From a virus: DNA of 64,000 bases. The notes below the pieces were generated by a model. It was not told the DNA's origin, made no database searches, and saw nothing but the letters and a program-made list of their open reading frames with translations. The position numbers and the translations under genes were made by a program. Shown one piece after another: positions 9,046 through 18,150 of this stretch (the first letter of the stretch is position 1; every line of letters starts with the position of its first letter). The stretch covers positions 32,001-96,000 of the IMG/VR virus record IMGVR_UViG_3300022927_000008; one strand, 5' to 3'.

Positions 9046-11556
9046 TTAAATATAAGCTTCTAAATAGAATTCACTCATGCCTGAGTGGTTTTCACAATAA
9101 GCATACAACTTAGGCTTATGTTCCACCTCAAATCCATTCAAGTTAGATACTATAACATCTGTATATGAACCTGAAGTACCTGGGGTACCTACAGTTGTAA
9201 CGTCTGTGGTGTACTCAACTCCACCTCCATGAGTACCATCTAGTGTTTCTGAAAGTTTTAAGGGATGACCAGTATTACTTGGGTCACTTTGATCAAATCT
9301 ATATGTTAGAGTAGGAGTATATAGAGGATCATATAAGTCATAAGGTTGAATTTCACTTATAGGTGTCCAATAAGAAGAAGACATAATATACTGGCTTCCA
9401 CTTACTAATACTTTTATGGGTAGTTGGGTTAACCGGTTTGAGGCAATAGAACCTGTATCTAATATATCGTGGTTTCCCATAATCCATCCTTTATCTAGCA
9501 AAGTTTCATATGCTTGGTGATTTATACTTCCACTAATGAGAGTTATACCCGTACCACGGACATTATTACCGAACCAAGCTTGGAAATCTTTATAATTTAT
9601 AGCCTCTGTATCTTGGGGAAAGTGTTGAGTACCTTGAGAAAGGATTGCTGGGTACGATGAAGGGATCCCATCAGGTGCTCCCAATCCTTCTGAAATTTCC
9701 GCTGAAGTTCTCTTAGTGTAAGTACGTGTATATAACTTACCAATATTGGTGGGGTAATAAGAGCTATGAGTATCTACATCAACCGCAGAACTACTAGCCC
9801 ATGCCCTAAGTGTAGCCCAATAATTAGTATGAGATATAGAAGAATCACCACACCACCTTTCCCAATTTGTTCCTGAACCCGGAACCCAATTAGTTAAAGC
9901 TTGGTTAAATGAAGTGCCCACAAATACGTAATAACCTGTTGAACCACTTATGTTCCAATTATTAAAGTTTGTGTTGTGTTGAAAAGCCCCATTATAATAA
10001 AACATCATAGATATGTTTTGGGCATTACCCATATTCCAATTGCTTAAATCCGCGTTATGATTAGTGTTAAACCAACGGGCACCGCCATTGACCAGGAACA
10101 TACCGCTAAAATTGGTACCACTACTAACATCCCACCCTCCTATTTCAGGTTGGGAGGTATCAGGTTCAGTGCTTTGCGCTCGAAACATACTATCAAAATT
10201 GGTTACATTTGAAGTATCCCAATTAGACAAATTATTTTCCTTAATGCCTTTACCTAATGTAAATCTAGAGTTATAGAACATTCGATACATACTTGTTATG
10301 TTGCTAGTATCCCAAGCAGCTATATTAAGGGGAGTTATATCAACTCCTAACGTATACCAAAACAACGAGCTGAATGAAGTGCGGTTTGATATATCAAGAT
10401 AATTTATTCTTCTCAACCCACCATAAGCTGGGTTATATGAATTAGGGTTACTTGCAGGATTAGGATCTCCATACACTTTAATATTAGTATTAGTATTGGT
10501 CCAATCCCACCAGTTATTCCAAGGACTCCCCCAAGGGAAATTACCATTACTTGAGGTAATTGCGGGTTCCATAGCGAACCTTGAATATCTATTATCTGAA
10601 GAATAAGACCTAGGTGTATATACAGGGTCAGGGATATGGGGGATCCACTCTTCGGGCACCAAGTGCTCTAAATCGTACCAATGATCCAGAGGGGTTTGAT
10701 TGTAAACGTTACTAGAGGCCGCTTCAGCAGTCCATACACTGGAGGTATCTGATACTTGTTCAATTTGCCAAGGTCCCAACTCCCTTGTATATGTACCTGC
10801 AGGATAGTCATTTACATTCCCATCCCCCCAATCAATCCTTATAGGATTTTCTAAAGTACTAGGCATTCCTGCATAGTATTTTCTTACAGAATCCACTGAG
10901 TTGTTCCTAAAGCTATCCATGTAAGAGGGGACACCATCATACATATACTCTGTGTAGTATTTACCTGGCCCACCACTAGCATCTTTATACATGGTAGTGA
11001 GTAAATCAAGAGATCCCGAACTCCAGTTGGGCATACCATTAGATCCCCATAAATCTATAGTTGGGAACCTACTAGAGCTATAAGAAGGAACAGCAGTCAT
11101 GGTACTCTCATTCCAACCAGGATTCCACATATAATCGTGGTTAGTGCCTACCTCCGCATAAGGATACTTCCATTCATAAATACTTTGTGAGGGGTATATT
11201 TCCATATACAATGTAGGATCCCTCATATCTATAAGCTTGGTGAGGACGGAAGAGGCTCCTAGATCATATACCCCATCAAAAAATAGAGGTAAGGGTCCTC
11301 CACCTCTTGCTCCACTAGGGCCTATACTCTTTTTAGGACCTCCACCTCCACCTCCACCTGCTGCAGCAGCAGCAGATGCTACACTAGGAGATACAGTATT
11401 TATAGTATTTAGGGTTTGTAGATTGCTATAATAGTTTTCAAATAGGAGTTGCTCCTCCATATATTTTTTTCTGGCTTCCATGATGGGAAGTCCTTTTATA
11501 TCTTTTCTTTTTAAGAACTGAGGCCAGGGCTCAGGTTGGTATATTGGTTTCCACAT
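9046..11556 (-). CDS. Modular protein, paralog of 6235..8730
   Basis: Same N- and C-termini, diverged middle with BspA/DUF285 repeats. Confidence 0.8.
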   Translation of the reverse strand: MWKPIYQPEPWPQFLKRKDIKGLPIMEARKKYMEEQLLFENYYSNLQTLNTINTVSPSVASAAAAAGGGGGGGPKKSIGPSGARGGGPLPLFFDGVYDLGASSVLTKLIDMRDPTLYMEIYPSQSIYEWKYPYAEVGTNHDYMWNPGWNESTMTAVPSYSSSRFPTIDLWGSNGMPNWSSGSLDLLTTMYKDASGGPGKYYTEYMYDGVPSYMDSFRNNSVDSVRKYYAGMPSTLENPIRIDWGDGNVNDYPAGTYTRELGPWQIEQVSDTSSVWTAEAASSNVYNQTPLDHWYDLEHLVPEEWIPHIPDPVYTPRSYSSDNRYSRFAMEPAITSSNGNFPWGSPWNNWWDWTNTNTNIKVYGDPNPASNPNSYNPAYGGLRRINYLDISNRTSFSSLFWYTLGVDITPLNIAAWDTSNITSMYRMFYNSRFTLGKGIKENNLSNWDTSNVTNFDSMFRAQSTEPDTSQPEIGGWDVSSGTNFSGMFLVNGGARWFNTNHNADLSNWNMGNAQNISMMFYYNGAFQHNTNFNNWNISGSTGYYVFVGTSFNQALTNWVPGSGTNWERWCGDSSISHTNYWATLRAWASSSAVDVDTHSSYYPTNIGKLYTRTYTKRTSAEISEGLGAPDGIPSSYPAILSQGTQHFPQDTEAINYKDFQAWFGNNVRGTGITLISGSINHQAYETLLDKGWIMGNHDILDTGSIASNRLTQLPIKVLVSGSQYIMSSSYWTPISEIQPYDLYDPLYTPTLTYRFDQSDPSNTGHPLKLSETLDGTHGGGVEYTTDVTTVGTPGTSGSYTDVIVSNLNGFEVEHKPKLYAYCENHSGMSEFYLEAYI

Positions 11557-11581
11557 TTATTTATTTTTTTAATTTTTTTAA

Positions 11582-12715
11582 TTAAGGTATTGGAACTACA
11601 TTAAGAAGTTTTCCTATGCTAACAACTTCACCCGAAACCCATTCCCCTGTTCCTGGGTCTATTCCTTTCCATACATCATCATAAGTAGAAGGTCCTACAA
11701 CACCGCTAAAGGAGTTCAAATCAAATAATAACCAACCACCACTGCCAGGATCCCAAGCCATTAAAAAGTTATTACCACCAGCTTGATCTCTATACTCCAA
11801 TACATCAACGAGGCTAGGGTTACTACTTAACGTGAAGACGTCGGCGGAGGTGACTTGCCAATTGGCTGTCTCAAAATTAGGACTCAAACTAGAACCCGGA
11901 GCTAAAACTACTTGGAGAGTTCTCAAATCAAGATCTCCCCTTATAACCTTTGCCCAATCTACACCAAAAAATTCACTAGATGGGGTTAGATTTTTAGTTG
12001 TTATAAATATATGTGCACTCTGCCAAGTTTCAGTCCCAACCTGATCTAATTGTGAAGACCCTATCATTTCGTTTGGATTGAAGAAGTTGTCACCATCAAC
12101 GTAGACATAAGGACGATAATAACTAGTACCTGTGAAGGGTCTAAAATCTTCATAATCCCAATCTTTATAATCTAAATCAGTGGGGAGTATATACCAATAA
12201 CCATTAAAATCAGGTCCACCTATCCAATCACCAGCTCCATCTCTTCTACCCAACTTAAATACAGTCGTTCCATCTACATCATCAGAAAATAATGGGAATC
12301 CAATCTGAGGTGTATACCCAGGATACTCAGGTGCATTAAAGAATGTAGTAGTTTCATTTAATACCCCTGCTTTAATATCCGTAAGAAGGGGATCACCTAA
12401 TCTATCAGTTGTAGATGTAAAGTTAACCCAATAGTAAGTCTTGCTACCACCCTCAACAAATTGATATTTACCCCCAGGTCCAGGTCCAGGTCCAGGTCCG
12501 GGTCCAGGTCCAGGGGTTGAGGAAGGAAGGGGACCCCCTCCTCCCGCACTGGGGGATGAAACATTTAAGGTTTGTAAAGTACTTACGTAATTCTCAAATA
12601 ATAATTGTTCTTCAAGATACCTTTTACGTACTTCCATTATAGGTACTCCTATATTCTCTTTCCTCTTTACATACTGAGGCCAAGGCTCAGGAGGATTTGT
12701 TGGCATATTCCACAT
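11582..12715 (-). CDS. Modular protein: diverged anchor domain, (PG)n linker, unrelated C-terminal domain
   Basis: PEPWPQYVKRKENIGVPIMEVRKRYLEEQLLFENY matches the shared N-terminus. Confidence 0.75.
   Translation of the reverse strand: MWNMPTNPPEPWPQYVKRKENIGVPIMEVRKRYLEEQLLFENYVSTLQTLNVSSPSAGGGGPLPSSTPGPGPGPGPGPGPGGKYQFVEGGSKTYYWVNFTSTTDRLGDPLLTDIKAGVLNETTTFFNAPEYPGYTPQIGFPLFSDDVDGTTVFKLGRRDGAGDWIGGPDFNGYWYILPTDLDYKDWDYEDFRPFTGTSYYRPYVYVDGDNFFNPNEMIGSSQLDQVGTETWQSAHIFITTKNLTPSSEFFGVDWAKVIRGDLDLRTLQVVLAPGSSLSPNFETANWQVTSADVFTLSSNPSLVDVLEYRDQAGGNNFLMAWDPGSGGWLLFDLNSFSGVVGPSTYDDVWKGIDPGTGEWVSGEVVSIGKLLNVVPIP
12474..12514. repeat. 6-bp microsatellite (CCAGGT)n encoding a Pro-Gly linker
   Basis: About 7 tandem units visible. 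Confidence 0.9.
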
Positions 12716-12726
12716 TTGTTTATTTT

Positions 12727-13002
12727 TTAATTATTTTCTTTCCAAAACCCCACTATAGCGTCTAAAAGATTCTCAATCCCCTGGTCATTTAAGGTGGGGG
12801 AAGATACTTTAAGCCCTTCTCTAACAATAGGTATTAACCTTTTATCATTCCAAAGTCCATTATCATTAACTATAGTAGTAGCCTGCTCCTGCGTAACTTC
12901 ACTATGATTGGCCACTATGTAAGTTGCCATCTCATCTTTATTATGGGTTTTTACTTGGGGATTTTCACTAGAAACCACCAAGTATTTTGTTAATTCACTC
13001 AT
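12727..13002 (-). CDS. Hypothetical protein, first gene of the modular-protein operon
   Basis: Preceded by ATATTTAT at 13021-13028. Confidence 0.65.
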   Translation of the reverse strand: MSELTKYLVVSSENPQVKTHNKDEMATYIVANHSEVTQEQATTIVNDNGLWNDKRLIPIVREGLKVSSPTLNDQGIENLLDAIVGFWKENN

Positions 13003-13020
13003 TTTTACTTTTATTTATTT

Positions 13021-13028
13021 ATAAATAT
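13021..13028 (-). promoter_or_regulatory. Class-II (putative late) promoter motif ATATTTAT; other copies at 2183, 2764, 18068, 23959, 29477, 38596, 38969, 52521, 58099
   Basis: Recurs at gene boundaries shortly upstream of start codons, here directly after a terminator. Confidence 0.6.
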
Positions 13029-13033
13029 ATACT

Positions 13034-13060
13034 AAAAAAGGAGACCCGTCAAGGTCTCCT
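13034..13060 (-). terminator. Intrinsic terminator
   Basis: AGGAGACC-TTGACG-GGTCTCCT followed by a T-run. Confidence 0.85.
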
Positions 13061-13087
13061 AGTTATATTTTATTAAACTTAACCAAG

Positions 13088-13264
13088 TTATTTACTAAAT
13101 AACTCTTTAATAAAGTGGTATACTACAAATATCCCTATAATGGGCCAAAATACCCACAATACCAAACGTTCCCAGAAGTTAAAGCTTAGATCCATAAGTT
13201 TACCAAAGTGTTCCATTAGGAATCCAAAGCAAACACCAAGTAAGATATATTCTAGTATGCCCAT
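13088..13264 (-). CDS. Small membrane protein, 58 aa, not in ORF track
   Basis: Manual translation MGILEYILLGVCFGFLMEHFGKLMDLSFNFWERLVLWVFWPIIGIFVVYHFIKELFSK. Confidence 0.7.
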   Translation of the reverse strand: MGILEYILLGVCFGFLMEHFGKLMDLSFNFWERLVLWVFWPIIGIFVVYHFIKELFSK

Positions 13265-13313
13265 TGTATATATGGATTAGGGGAGGGGGGTGGGTAATTA
13301 AAAGCTTGCTTAA

Positions 13314-13490
13314 TTAATACTCGTAGGAATCATCTCCATATTCATCCCAATTGTCGTTAAGTTCCCTTTCGGAAATAATATCAACAAAATCTTCAAACTC
13401 ATCTCCATACGAGTCATCGATCATTTCGGGGTTAATACCTTCTTTTTTAATTTGCTCACGAAGAGCGTCATTTTTAGGATCAAAGTGCAT
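13314..13490 (-). CDS. Small acidic hypothetical protein
   Basis: Likely start MHFDP. Confidence 0.55.
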   Translation of the reverse strand: MHFDPKNDALREQIKKEGINPEMIDDSYGDEFEDFVDIISERELNDNWDEYGDDSYEY

Positions 13491-13812
13491 TTCCTCTTCT
13501 TTTTTTAAATTCACGTGGGTCAATATCATCAACAAAGGCTAATTTTCCAACTTCTACATTTGACGAATTTATGACTTTATTCGTTCCATACATATAAACA
13601 GGTCCATCGTAATCTTTGTATGTGCTTGTAACATTTTCATTATCCTTAATATCACCTTCCAAATGTAGGATTCTACGCTTGCCTACAAAACTTCTAAACT
13701 CATTTGGTGTAACTCGGTGCCACCTATCTAAACCAGGTGAAAACACCTCACAACACAGGTGTTCAGGGAATGGAAACTTAAGTTTTACAGTGTTACCTTT
13801 TTTTTCAGACAT
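13480..13812 (-). CDS. Hypothetical protein
   Basis: 110-aa ORF in operon. Confidence 0.6.
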   Translation of the reverse strand: MSEKKGNTVKLKFPFPEHLCCEVFSPGLDRWHRVTPNEFRSFVGKRRILHLEGDIKDNENVTSTYKDYDGPVYMYGTNKVINSSNVEVGKLAFVDDIDPREFKKRRGNAL

Positions 13813-14336
13813 TCAATTGTTTCTTTTGCGGATGTGTGTAATATACCAATTCCTCCTTTAGATTCCCACTGCTCAATGTTATCTTTTCGATCATCAATCA
13901 AAATGTGAGAAGGAGCAGCATACTTTTGCTTGTTATGGGAATAAGCCAAATTCAACTTAACTCCTAACTTGTGGTTTCTAACCCACAACCGCTTACCTAA
14001 CCGTGAGTGTTCTGCTCTTGAAGGGGAGGAAAGCAACTCAACGTAGAAGTTTTCAGTAATAAATTTAAATAGTTCCTTACCATCTTCCATCCAATCCATT
14101 CCTACCCAAAAACCTACTCCTCTACCATCAATAAGTTCCCAAAACTCATCTTTACCGTTTTTTTCAGTAAACTTTTTGGGACCCCAAGGGTGAATTTCGC
14201 TAAACTGCTTATCAAAGTCAGTAAGCACTCCATCCATATCACAATAGATCTTGGGCCGAAACTCTTTCGATACCGTAAGTGCTTCCTCTTCGGATAGCTC
14301 CAAACTGTTCATTGTTGTAAATTGGTTTTGCTTCAT
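13785..14336 (-). CDS. HAD-family 5'(3')-deoxyribonucleotidase (NT5C-like); true start probably further downstream
   Basis: YCDMDGVLTDF (motif I), ILIDD (motif IV). Confidence 0.85.
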   Translation of the reverse strand: MKQNQFTTMNSLELSEEEALTVSKEFRPKIYCDMDGVLTDFDKQFSEIHPWGPKKFTEKNGKDEFWELIDGRGVGFWVGMDWMEDGKELFKFITENFYVELLSSPSRAEHSRLGKRLWVRNHKLGVKLNLAYSHNKQKYAAPSHILIDDRKDNIEQWESKGGIGILHTSAKETIECLKKKVTL

Positions 14337-14481
14337 TTATATCTTCACTAAAATATGGATACCCTCTCCTCAATCCGGCAAACACCCTTGCATACTCATC
14401 TATTACATAAAATGGGCGTTTGCGTTCTTCTGCTATTTTAAGGTCGATCTCGTTCTCCTGGCGCCTCAGGTCGATGTACAT
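14239..14481 (-). CDS. Hypothetical protein
   Basis: 80-aa ORF in operon. Confidence 0.5.
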   Translation of the reverse strand: MYIDLRRQENEIDLKIAEERKRPFYVIDEYARVFAGLRRGYPYFSEDINEAKPIYNNEQFGAIRRGSTYGIERVSAQDLL

Positions 14482-14638
14482 AATTCTGGGATTTACGTTG
14501 GATTTCTTCTGCTATAAACCTTATATGCTGGAGGTGGGTAAATACTTCCTCAGTAACTTCAGAGAAGTGTTTGCGGTCAATTTCATTGAGTTGGTTAAGG
14601 ATGTATTGTGCTTCCTTATAGATCTTATTCCTCTCCAT
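14438..14638 (-). CDS. Hypothetical protein
   Basis: 66-aa ORF in operon. Confidence 0.5.
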   Translation of the reverse strand: MERNKIYKEAQYILNQLNEIDRKHFSEVTEEVFTHLQHIRFIAEEIQRKSQNYVHRPEAPGERDRP

Positions 14639-14855
14639 CGAGCATCAGATTATTGTTTTCTAAAAAATACCAGAAACGTTCGAGCCATAGGGCAATTCGT
14701 ACGTCATCAATGGTGTCGTCAAATTTAGCACCTTCAGCACGGGCATCTGCTACTTTCATGATACCGAAGTCAGCTAGATCACGTGCTTTGTCTTCATCAC
14801 CACGTGCTAGTGCTTCACGTGCGTTTGCGTAACAATCAGAGACTGTCATTTTCAT
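14625..14855 (-). CDS. Hypothetical protein
   Basis: Start reassigned to MKMTVSD because the upstream region is used by the 14836..14970 ORF. Confidence 0.6.
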   Translation of the reverse strand: MKMTVSDCYANAREALARGDEDKARDLADFGIMKVADARAEGAKFDDTIDDVRIALWLERFWYFLENNNLMLDGEE

Positions 14856-14970
14856 TTTTATGTTTTGTTTTACGGGTATATTTACTTTTGTCAGTATGTA
14901 CCTTATTAGAGGGTTGGCGGAAATATTTACCCTCAGGTACACTAGCGTTTATGTTTTTCCGCTTTTTCAT
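14836..14970 (-). CDS. 44-aa basic peptide, ArfA-like (not in ORF track)
   Basis: MKKRKNINASVPEGKYFRQPSNKVHTDKSKYTRKTKHKNENDSL; first ORF after a class-I promoter. Confidence 0.65.
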   Translation of the reverse strand: MKKRKNINASVPEGKYFRQPSNKVHTDKSKYTRKTKHKNENDSL

Positions 14971-14977
14971 GCACCAT

Positions 14978-15031
14978 AAAGATACGAAAGTTCCCGGCAA
15001 AAACCACATTTTCATATGACGGGATTATGAA
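14978..15031 (-). promoter_or_regulatory. Class-I promoter with imperfect box
   Basis: TTCATaatcccGTCAT-N7-TGTGG-N15-TTCGTATCTTT. Confidence 0.7.
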
Positions 15032-16164
15032 AATTGATGATTAAAAACAAGATTTCGATTTCCTCCCCATTCATGCCACCAATGAAGGTATCCTATTGTG
15101 GAACATAATTTATCTTTTAATTTATCTACCCCACAGCAAATAGTTACTTTTTTATTATTTTTTAAGTAAAATTCTATATTTTGTTTGGTGTATTCAAGAT
15201 CTTCTTGTGTATTTACTTTAAAAAAAGCATAATCTGCATCTTCCCTAAACTTGAAATACTCTATACCATAATCAAAAAACAGCTCCCTAATTCTATTTCT
15301 AGAACGGGGATTTAATTGAGAATTGTGGATATCAAATTTAAAATTTTGGGGATAATTATAATGATCAGATAATAACATACCCACCCACACATCATAACAT
15401 TCATCATAGTAATGTTCAATAGAATCTAATTCTTCTAAGTTTATTTTAGAATTACGTTTTTCTATAAACCTACTATTTTCTTCAACCATAATTTGTAGTT
15501 CTTCACTAGGTCTTACTTTATGGGATACTGATGTGTTAGATTCTTGGGAGTAAGTATGTAATACTCTAGGGAGGAATAAGAGTTTTCCTTTAGTTTCCGT
15601 AATATACCCCTTAACAAGATCTTCTGCAAAACTATGTTTAAATTCTCCTTCTTTAGCAAATTCTTCTGTGGAACGGGTTTTTATTCTATAAGCTCTAGCA
15701 TCTCCTAAACTTCTCCACATTTTTTTTCCTTCCTCTAGGTTATAGACCCCCTTATAATGGTTATCTCTATACCACTCAATTTTCCCTTTAATATGATTCT
15801 TTTTCATTATAGAAGAACAAGATATCATTTCTACTTTGGGGAATTTATCAAAATTATACTTATAAACTTCTAATAATTTAGGATGGGGGAAATCATCAAC
15901 ATCCTGTACTAGCATAATGTCTCCTGTAGAAATCTCGACAGGGGGGTTAAAGTAAAATTCTCTTTTCCATCTAGGTTTAATGTATTTTATCTGAGGGTGG
16001 AGTGAGGTGAAATCTATTAGGGTTTTTTCTATAGAGGAATCTTCACTAAAATCATCTGATATGATCCATTCCCAATTAGTGTAGGTTTGGTTTTTTATAC
16101 CTTCCCAAACTTGATTTAAGTATTCTATATTATTATAGAACCCACTATATATAGTAAATTTCAT
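15025..16164 (-). CDS. Glycosyltransferase family 2
   Basis: QTYTNWEWIISDDFS, DVDD motif. Confidence 0.85.
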   Translation of the reverse strand: MKFTIYSGFYNNIEYLNQVWEGIKNQTYTNWEWIISDDFSEDSSIEKTLIDFTSLHPQIKYIKPRWKREFYFNPPVEISTGDIMLVQDVDDFPHPKLLEVYKYNFDKFPKVEMISCSSIMKKNHIKGKIEWYRDNHYKGVYNLEEGKKMWRSLGDARAYRIKTRSTEEFAKEGEFKHSFAEDLVKGYITETKGKLLFLPRVLHTYSQESNTSVSHKVRPSEELQIMVEENSRFIEKRNSKINLEELDSIEHYYDECYDVWVGMLLSDHYNYPQNFKFDIHNSQLNPRSRNRIRELFFDYGIEYFKFREDADYAFFKVNTQEDLEYTKQNIEFYLKNNKKVTICCGVDKLKDKLCSTIGYLHWWHEWGGNRNLVFNHQFS

Positions 16165-17102
16165 TATTTTTTAACAATACAGTTAGTTCTCCTAAATTCA
16201 ATATTATTAGTAAATACTAAATCTTCTTTATAATAATAATTCCCTTCTTTATTACTATTTAAAATAAAAATATAAGATACAGGGGTGGGTTTAAGAGGGT
16301 GTATACTTCCATCTTCATGTTCCAAACTACATGGATCTGGGAAAGTTCCCTCTTTAGGCCAAATCAAATATGAGTTTTTTTCAGAATAAAAATATATGTT
16401 TACTAAAGATTGCCCTAAAGTATATTTTCCATTAAAACTTTTATATACTCCTGAAAAGGGGATATCTTGTGTGTGTGGGAATTTTTGGTTTGAGTACTTC
16501 TCAATTGCCCATTTAAAAAAAGATTCACAGAACCAACCCTCTTTAAGGTTAGGATCATTGACTGTTCCCTCTTTATACAAATTAAGCACAGGCTCTATAG
16601 AATTTACATATGTGTTACAGGGAAGAGCAAATATATTAGTTGCAAAATTATAATCCTCCCCTTCTCCCCAAGGAAAAAATAAAGGATCTCCTTTTTCCCC
16701 TCTGTTAATAAATTTATAAAAGTTTTCTTCACTTAATTCTATATCATAGTTTAGATGATAAACATAATCATATCCTAAACTTTGACACAACTTAATTGCT
16801 TTAAGTATTTGGTGAAGATGAGCATAGCCATAATCCCATTCTACAAATTCCGCATAAAGATTTTCTCCCCACTCTATTTTAGGATCTACAAGCTCCCAAA
16901 ATACAGCATACCTATTAGGTCTAGGATTTTCTTTAATATTTAAAGTATAATCTACCTTTTGTTGTATTTCTATAGGAATGGGGAAGTTACCCGCAAATAT
17001 TACGGGTAACTTTTTATCTTGTAAAAAATCTACAAGTTTGTGAGCAATTTTTATTTTCTCACTATTGTTTATATGGGAAGTAACTAATATACAAGGACTC
17101 AT
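16164..17102 (-). CDS. Hypothetical protein, possibly glycan-modifying
   Basis: AT-rich, coupled to the GT2 gene; LGYDYVYHLNYD segment. Confidence 0.5.
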   Translation of the reverse strand: MSPCILVTSHINNSEKIKIAHKLVDFLQDKKLPVIFAGNFPIPIEIQQKVDYTLNIKENPRPNRYAVFWELVDPKIEWGENLYAEFVEWDYGYAHLHQILKAIKLCQSLGYDYVYHLNYDIELSEENFYKFINRGEKGDPLFFPWGEGEDYNFATNIFALPCNTYVNSIEPVLNLYKEGTVNDPNLKEGWFCESFFKWAIEKYSNQKFPHTQDIPFSGVYKSFNGKYTLGQSLVNIYFYSEKNSYLIWPKEGTFPDPCSLEHEDGSIHPLKPTPVSYIFILNSNKEGNYYYKEDLVFTNNIEFRRTNCIVKK

Positions 17103-17311
17103 GTCAATGTCATAACCTCAGAATGGTGATAGAATTTACCTCTTTTAAAATCGGCTTTTTTAATCCTACGACCTTTACCAGACTCTGCTTTTTGTACAAA
17201 GTAGTAAGGACCTTCCCTATCATCGTAGGCTACTTGGTTAATTTCAGCAGTAACAATATAATCATTACCCTTACGTGAGTCTGGGACTCGGACTTGTTCG
17301 AACATTTTCAT
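17099..17311 (-). CDS. Hypothetical protein
   Basis: 70-aa ORF after tRNA-Leu. Confidence 0.55.
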   Translation of the reverse strand: MKMFEQVRVPDSRKGNDYIVTAEINQVAYDDREGPYYFVQKAESGKGRRIKKADFKRGKFYHHSEVMTLT

Positions 17312-17330
17312 TTTATAACTTATTTAGTTG

Positions 17331-17410
17331 TACCTAAGGTGGGACTCGAACCCACACGCCGAAGCACTAGTTCCTAAGACTAGCGTGTATACCAATTCCA
17401 CCACTTAGGC
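17331..17410 (-). tRNA. tRNA-Leu(UAG)
   Basis: Acceptor GCCTAAG/CTTAGGT, anticodon arm CTAGT-CTTAGGA-ACTAG, long variable arm, TTCGAGT loop. Confidence 0.95.
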
Positions 17411-17419
17411 AAATAACCC

Positions 17420-17644
17420 TTAGTGGGTCATTTTAGCTGTAGGCTCAACAGCTGCAAGGCTATCAAGCAATTCACCTACAGTCTCGATTGAGTCTGTATT
17501 AAAAGGCATTTCTACACCTGTAGTGTCCCACTGTAGGCTGTCAGTTGCACAGCTATCAGCCATAGGGGTTACACAGTTTTCGTCTTCGGTTCCTCCACAA
17601 GAGGCAAGAGCAACAATTGCTCCAATAAAAAATAGTTGTTTCAT
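17420..17644 (-). CDS. Small lipoprotein
   Basis: MKQLFFIGAIVALASC lipobox. Confidence 0.7.
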   Translation of the reverse strand: MKQLFFIGAIVALASCGGTEDENCVTPMADSCATDSLQWDTTGVEMPFNTDSIETVGELLDSLAAVEPTAKMTH

Positions 17645-17847
17645 CGTTTTGTATTTTGGTTTGTTAAAATGTACCATGGTGGTACGTCTGATTTCTTTTT
17701 TGGTAGTTTTCTAAATGTTTGTACTTCGGGGTAATTATACCCTTCATGTAGTAATCTAACTGTTTTATCTTTGGTATTAATGTTAAGAACCTCTCCTTGG
17801 ACCTCCTCGCCAAATAGAAAAAAATTTATAATATCTCCTACTTTCAT
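17641..17847 (-). CDS. Hypothetical SH3/KOW-like small protein
   Basis: MKVGDII..GEV pattern. Confidence 0.5.
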   Translation of the reverse strand: MKVGDIINFFLFGEEVQGEVLNINTKDKTVRLLHEGYNYPEVQTFRKLPKKKSDVPPWYILTNQNTKR

Positions 17848-18062
17848 TACCAATCCCTTTGACATTGCTTACGGGGGACCCTAGCATATCTAGTACGAAT
17901 TCCATTGTTGTAGGAATTACCTCTTCCACTATACCTCATATGAGAAAATTTTCCATCATTAGTAAAAACAGCAGATTGGGTTCTGCTATTATAATAATAA
18001 GGAGAACAACTTGACAATCCAAGGGCAATAAACAACCCCAATAAGTAACTTAAATGTTTCAT
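17847..18062 (-). CDS. Small lipoprotein
   Basis: LGLSSC lipobox after a hydrophobic stretch. Confidence 0.65.
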   Translation of the reverse strand: MKHLSYLLGLFIALGLSSCSPYYYNSRTQSAVFTNDGKFSHMRYSGRGNSYNNGIRTRYARVPRKQCQRDW

Positions 18063-18078
18063 TTGTAATAAATATTTG

Positions 18079-18148
18079 AGGTTAGGGGTGGAATTGCACC
18101 ACCGTAATAGGATTTGCGATCCTATACCTTCTAATCGGACACCTAACC
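18079..18148 (-). tRNA. Atypical tRNA-Cys(GCA)
   Basis: Acceptor GGTTAGG/CCTAACC with U73; anticodon loop TCGCAAA; T-loop TGCAATT. Confidence 0.7.
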
Positions 18149-18150
18149 AT

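Noticed and set aside
3939-12715. Diversity-generating retroelement or shufflon in the modular array
   Set aside because: No reverse transcriptase or invertase in the window, repeats are direct, and differences are not visibly adenine-specific
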